In this document: one piece after another, positions 60,434 to 64,000 of the stretch | How the letters are laid out: each line of letters starts with the position of its first letter | How positions within the stretch are numbered: the first letter of the stretch is position 1 | Source: Candidatus Moranbacteria bacterium GW2011_GWE2_35_2- | Lineage (GTDB): Bacteria > Patescibacteriota > Minisyncoccia > Moranbacterales > UBA9337 | Assembly: GCA_000990585.1 (NCBI GenBank) | Contig: LBQD01000002.1 | Coordinates: forward strand, 184,016 to 248,015 | Direction: 5' to 3' | Length of the DNA: 64,000 bases | Program-made: the position numbers and the translations under genes | The notes under the pieces: generated by a model | Told to the model about the DNA's origin: nothing | The model's database searches: none | The model's input: only the letters and a program-made list of their open reading frames with translations

Positions 60434-61239
60434 AGCTAACGTTTGCGTGTATCTGAAGTTGCGCCCGTTATTTTTTTGGCTAAACTTCAATATTCACTTG
60501 TCTGAATTATATCACCGAACCCCAATTATTAGAAGGCGCAATTTGGGCGAAGCCAGAGAATGAATTTATAATTTTTTTCCTTATAAAAAAGGCTCTTTTT
60601 GATTTTTTCGTTGACAGAACGGTTTTTTTCGTTTAAGGTAACCTCAGTACAAAATCCATAAACCCAGAAAAGGAGGAAATAAAATGAAGCTCTTTAATAT
60701 CTTCAAGAAAAAAATCGTGGCTGGTTGCGGACACGAAACGCTGAAAAAGGACAAGGTGACGGCTTTCGGTGCAAGTTGCGAAACCAAAATCCCGATCGCT
60801 GACGGCAAAACCGACTATTGTCATCGTTGTCTCGAGAAAATGGCAATTAGGTGCGCCTGGTGCGGTGAAGTCATTTTCATCGGCGACCCGATTACTCTCT
60901 ATTCTCCGAAAGACAAAGACCGTAAGATGCCTGATTATGCTGTACCTCACAACAAAGAACACAATTCCTACGTGGGATGCTTCCGTTGGAACTGTGCCGA
61001 GACAGGCGCGGATAGAGCTGGATTTTGGTATCCGCCAGGCAAGGTTTACCGTGTTCCGACGCCGATTGAGATGTGCATGAAGAACATGCAAAACGGCGGT
61101 GATGGCGTAATTTGTGTCGGCGATCTCAGTGATCGCAAGGAGGCAGTGAGAGGCTTGTAAAAAATCAAAAAGAGCCTTTCAAAAATAAGAAAAAATTATA
61201 AATTCATTCTCTGGCGTAGCCAGATACACGCTGTTAGGC
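60434..61239 (-). repeat. attC-like site G (806 bp; encloses a gene)
   Basis: AGCTAAC-GT..GCGTGTATCTG-AAGTTGCGCC..GGCGCAATTT-GGG[arm2 containing the ORF]CCAGATACACGC-T-GTTAGGC. Confidence 0.82.
60684..61160 (+). CDS. Cys-rich hypothetical protein inside arm 2 of site G
   Basis: TTGACA at 60611, AAGGAGG SD; CGH, CxxC, CxxC motifs; higher GC than flanks. Confidence 0.8.
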   Translation: MKLFNIFKKKIVAGCGHETLKKDKVTAFGASCETKIPIADGKTDYCHRCLEKMAIRCAWCGEVIFIGDPITLYSPKDKDRKMPDYAVPHNKEHNSYVGCFRWNCAETGADRAGFWYPPGKVYRVPTPIEMCMKNMQNGGDGVICVGDLSDRKEAVRGL

Positions 61240-61338
61240 GATGTAAATTTTAGCTAAACGCTATATTACATCGCCTTTTTTATTGGTAGATGTAAAAGTA
61301 AAAACAATAAATATTTTTATTAAGCTAAAATTTATTTC

Positions 61339-61523
61339 GCCTAACGTATCGGCATCATCTGAAGTTGCGCCCGTAGTTATTAGCTAAAACTTCAAATATC
61401 TACCTGTTTTTGATTATATCACTAAATTCTAACAAACGTCAGCGCAATTTGGGAGAGAAAAATTTGCCCTCCTTTTAGTTTTAACTGAGGCAAATTTTTT
61501 GAACCAGATATGCCGTGTTGTGC
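61339..61523 (-). repeat. attC-like site H
   Basis: GCCTAAC-GTATCGGCATCATCTG-AAGTTGCGC..GCGCAATTT-GGG..CCAGATATGCCG-T-GTTGTGC. Confidence 0.88.
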
Positions 61524-61536
61524 GATGTAAAATTTT

Positions 61537-61794
61537 TTATCGTTTGCTATGGGTTAACTTTAATATTAACAAAGACAGTGTGAGAGACGCTTCAATTGTA
61601 GTAAAAATCATTATGGGACGACTATGCAATCCAATGCCATATATTATAAATAGAATCAGCCCGATTAAAAGCAAGGAATTCCACAACAAAGAAATATCTT
61701 CTGTTGATTTAGTTGTCCATGATTTAATCACCTGAGGCACAAGGGCTGATGCGATGATTGCCGAACCAGCAAAACCTACGATTTCAATATCCAT
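61537..61794 (-). CDS. Cassette cargo: SemiSWEET/PQ-loop family protein
   Basis: LVPQVIKSW.TKST.DIS; three TMs, 85 aa. Confidence 0.88.
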   Translation of the reverse strand: MDIEIVGFAGSAIIASALVPQVIKSWTTKSTEDISLLWNSLLLIGLILFIIYGIGLHSRPIMIFTTIEASLTLSLLILKLTHSKR

Positions 61795-61831
61795 AATGAT
61801 TTTTACGTTAGTTAATAAAAAATTTTATTTC

Positions 61832-61860
61832 GCACAACTGGTTTTATCCGTACCTGCCAA
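61832..61860 (-). other. attI-like site
   Basis: Last core GCACAAC is followed by TGG, not the GT..ATCTG attC body; lies just upstream of the recombinase. Confidence 0.65.
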
Positions 61861-61864
61861 TAAT

Positions 61865-61909
61865 TTGGCTTGGATTAAGGTTTGTGGTATGATTTTGATG
61901 TAATCATAC
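61865..61909 (+). promoter_or_regulatory. Putative recombinase promoter with overlapping palindrome
   Basis: TTGGCT-17 bp-TATGAT; GTATGATT-N7-AATCATAC overlaps the -10. Confidence 0.5.
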
Positions 61910-61915
61910 TGTCTT

Positions 61916-62773
61916 ATGAATGAATATTATCATAAAAGAAAAAATGCGACAATGACAGAAATGGACTCATTAAACAGATTGGAACGAGAATTGAAAATTC
62001 GTGGATTTAGTTTAAAAACCGTCAAGTCTTATTTGATGTATAATAGGCTATTTTTGGAATTTATAAAGAAAAGTCCTAAAGCGATTACAAATGATGACAT
62101 TCGTCAATATTTATTATCTCTGAAAAATAAAAATTGCGCTAATTCCACTTTAAACGTGGCGCTTAATGCTTTGAAGTTTTATTATCGAGGAATACTTAAA
62201 AGAAAATTCTTTTTTGATATAAAAAGCGCTAAAAAAACTAACTATTTGCCGACGGTTCTTAGTAAGGAAGAAGTTAAGAGAATGTTAGAGATGACCACAA
62301 ATCCAAAACATAATTTTTTCATAGCCTTGATGTATTCGTCCGGTTTGCGTGTTAGCGAGGCAGTCAAAATAAGGATGTGTGATTTTGATTTAGATAGAAA
62401 AATAATCACAGTGCGGCAAGGAAAGGGTGCAAAAGATCGCTGCACGCTTCTGTCGGAAAAACTTATACCGACATTAAAAAAGCAACTAACACTTAAAAAA
62501 TCAAATGATTATTTATTTACTGGGGCAGGTGGAAACGGACATCTAACTGTTGAAAGTGCCGAAAAAATAATTAGAAAGGCAGTTGAGTCAGCCAATATCG
62601 TTAAAAAAGTTTCTTGTCACAGTTTGCGACATTCTTTTGCCACTCATCTTCTGGAATCTGGTACGAGTATTCGGTATATTCAAGAACTTTTAGGGCATGC
62701 TAGACTGGAAACAACACAAATTTACACTAAAGTTGCCAATAATAATTTACAAAATATCCAAAGTCCGTTATGA
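61916..62773 (+). CDS. Tyrosine recombinase (integron-integrase-like, no IntI-specific insertion)
   Basis: GLRVSE, GKG.KDR, HSLRHSFATHLLE.G, LLGH, TQIYT; C-terminal SPL. Confidence 0.93.
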   Translation: MNEYYHKRKNATMTEMDSLNRLERELKIRGFSLKTVKSYLMYNRLFLEFIKKSPKAITNDDIRQYLLSLKNKNCANSTLNVALNALKFYYRGILKRKFFFDIKSAKKTNYLPTVLSKEEVKRMLEMTTNPKHNFFIALMYSSGLRVSEAVKIRMCDFDLDRKIITVRQGKGAKDRCTLLSEKLIPTLKKQLTLKKSNDYLFTGAGGNGHLTVESAEKIIRKAVESANIVKKVSCHSLRHSFATHLLESGTSIRYIQELLGHARLETTQIYTKVANNNLQNIQSPL

Positions 62774-63918
62774 AAAGAGATATAAAAGTAGCGTTGGTGC
62801 ATGATTTTTTGGTTGATTTCGGGGGAGCGGAAAGGGTTTTTGAGGTTTTGTGTGAAATGTTTCCTGAGGCTCCGATTTACACCTTGCTATATGACAAAGA
62901 TAAAATGTCCGCCAAGAGTGAACCAGCCTTTGACTGGAATAAGCGGGAAATTCATACTTCATTTCTTCAAAAATTTCCTCGTTTTTTGCGTAATCATAAA
63001 AAATGGTTATTGCCGTTTCTTCCGGTAGCGCCGGAAACTTTTGACTTGCGTGATTTTGATTTGGTGATTTCATCTTCCGGAGCTTGGAGTAAAGGAATTA
63101 TTACGCGACTCAATACAATTCATGTTGCCTATATCCACAGTCCGATGAGGTTCGTGTGGGATTATAACAGCGCCAAATATCTCAAGGAAAACAAGAAGAG
63201 TAAGTTCGGTTTTTGCGTGCAGCCATTTTTGAATTATCTCCGGATTTGGGACAAGCAGGCGGCAGATCGTCCGGATTATATCATCGCTAATTCACAATAC
63301 ACACAAAAAAGAATTGCGAAATATTATCGGAAGGACAGCGAGGTGGTTTATCCGCCAACTCAAAATTTTCAATTTTCAAATGTTAAAATAAATTATGATT
63401 CGGGAAATTCAAAATTTTTTTTGATTGTTTCCCGGCTTTCGCCGTATAAACGAGTGGATTTGGCGGTAAGGGTTTTCAATAAATTAAATCTGCCTTTGGT
63501 GGTAATTGGCGATGGAGAGCAAAAAAAATATTTGCAAAAAATCGCCAAAGAGAATGTAAAAATTTTGGGATGGAAAGATGATGCGGATGTTGCAAAATAT
63601 TATCAAAATGCGCGTGCTTTTATTTTTCCGGCAGTGGATGATTTTGGAATGACAATGGTTGAAGCAAACAGCTTTGGTGTTCCGGTTATTGCATATCGAA
63701 AAGGCGGAGCTTTGGATATTGTCAGAGAAGGAGAAAATGGAGAATTTTTTGATATACAAAGTGCGGAGAGCTTGATTTCTTGTGTGAAAAAATTTATTGA
63801 AAAAGAAGATGAATATAATAAAGAAGTGATTGTAAAATCGGCAGAAAGGTTTTCCAAAGAAATGTTTAAAAAAGAATTTAATAGATATTTGAATAAAATT
63901 TATGTTTATCGGAAATAA
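62770..63918 (+). CDS. Glycosyltransferase family 4
   Basis: VALVHD.L...GGAERV, SRL.PYKRVD, DDFG...VEA. Confidence 0.92.
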   Translation: MKRDIKVALVHDFLVDFGGAERVFEVLCEMFPEAPIYTLLYDKDKMSAKSEPAFDWNKREIHTSFLQKFPRFLRNHKKWLLPFLPVAPETFDLRDFDLVISSSGAWSKGIITRLNTIHVAYIHSPMRFVWDYNSAKYLKENKKSKFGFCVQPFLNYLRIWDKQAADRPDYIIANSQYTQKRIAKYYRKDSEVVYPPTQNFQFSNVKINYDSGNSKFFLIVSRLSPYKRVDLAVRVFNKLNLPLVVIGDGEQKKYLQKIAKENVKILGWKDDADVAKYYQNARAFIFPAVDDFGMTMVEANSFGVPVIAYRKGGALDIVREGENGEFFDIQSAESLISCVKKFIEKEDEYNKEVIVKSAERFSKEMFKKEFNRYLNKIYVYRK

Positions 63919-64000
63919 AAAAATAGTTGATTATTTGAATAAAATATCCGAGAGTGGAAAAATTTCTCAAGCATATATTTTTTCCGGTCCAGAAGGGGTG
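63902..64000 (+). CDS. Start of a clamp-loader subunit (DNA pol III delta'-like), truncated by window end
   Basis: MFIGNKKIVDYLNKISESGKISQAYIFSGPEGV leading into a P-loop. Confidence 0.7.
   Translation, partial: MFIGNKKIVDYLNKISESGKISQAYIFSGPEGV

Larger units (their letters stand above)
52513..62773 (-). mobile_element. Integron-like element: nine-cassette array, attI-like site and divergent tyrosine recombinase
   Basis: Eight YAAC...GTTR-bounded palindromic sites separating unrelated genes; cassette ends mutually complementary; recombinase at the array head. Confidence 0.88.

Noticed and set aside
53370-61523. Repeated sites as a CRISPR array or MITE family
   Set aside because: Spacing is gene-sized and irregular, there are no target-site duplications, and core complementarity follows cassette logic.
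733-63857. Numerous antisense and nested short ORFs in the track
   Set aside because: They are shadows of well-supported genes on the other strand or frame.

Overview
AT-rich bacterial chromosome segment. Gene content and protein style suggest Patescibacteria/CPR (Parcubacteria-like); this is an inference. The housekeeping backbone is ileS, recO, tgt, murE, lemA, htpX, pyk, tRNA-Ser, dnaG, rpoD, a DEAD-box helicase, an ABC-F protein, ddl, tRNA-Asn, obgE, a P-type ATPase, murA, mreB, two GT4 glycosyltransferases and the start of a holB-like gene. Two accessory systems stand out. (1) 52.5-62.8 kb is an integron-like cassette array: eight attC-like sites, an attI-like site, and a divergent tyrosine recombinase that lacks the IntI-specific insertion. 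The sites are branched (two internal arms). Each cassette body is bracketed by its own inverted repeat, and two cassettes carry their gene inside an arm of the attC-like site. (2) 29.1-37.8 kb is an integrase-less tandem array of three units at the 3' end of tRNA-Asn, each starting at a GCTCC core followed by a related peptide-tail remnant; it includes a Type II R-M/Vsr locus. Several families of short palindromic and heptameric repeats are inserted in frame in housekeeping genes. Coordinates were counted by hand and may be off by a few bases; no database searches were run.
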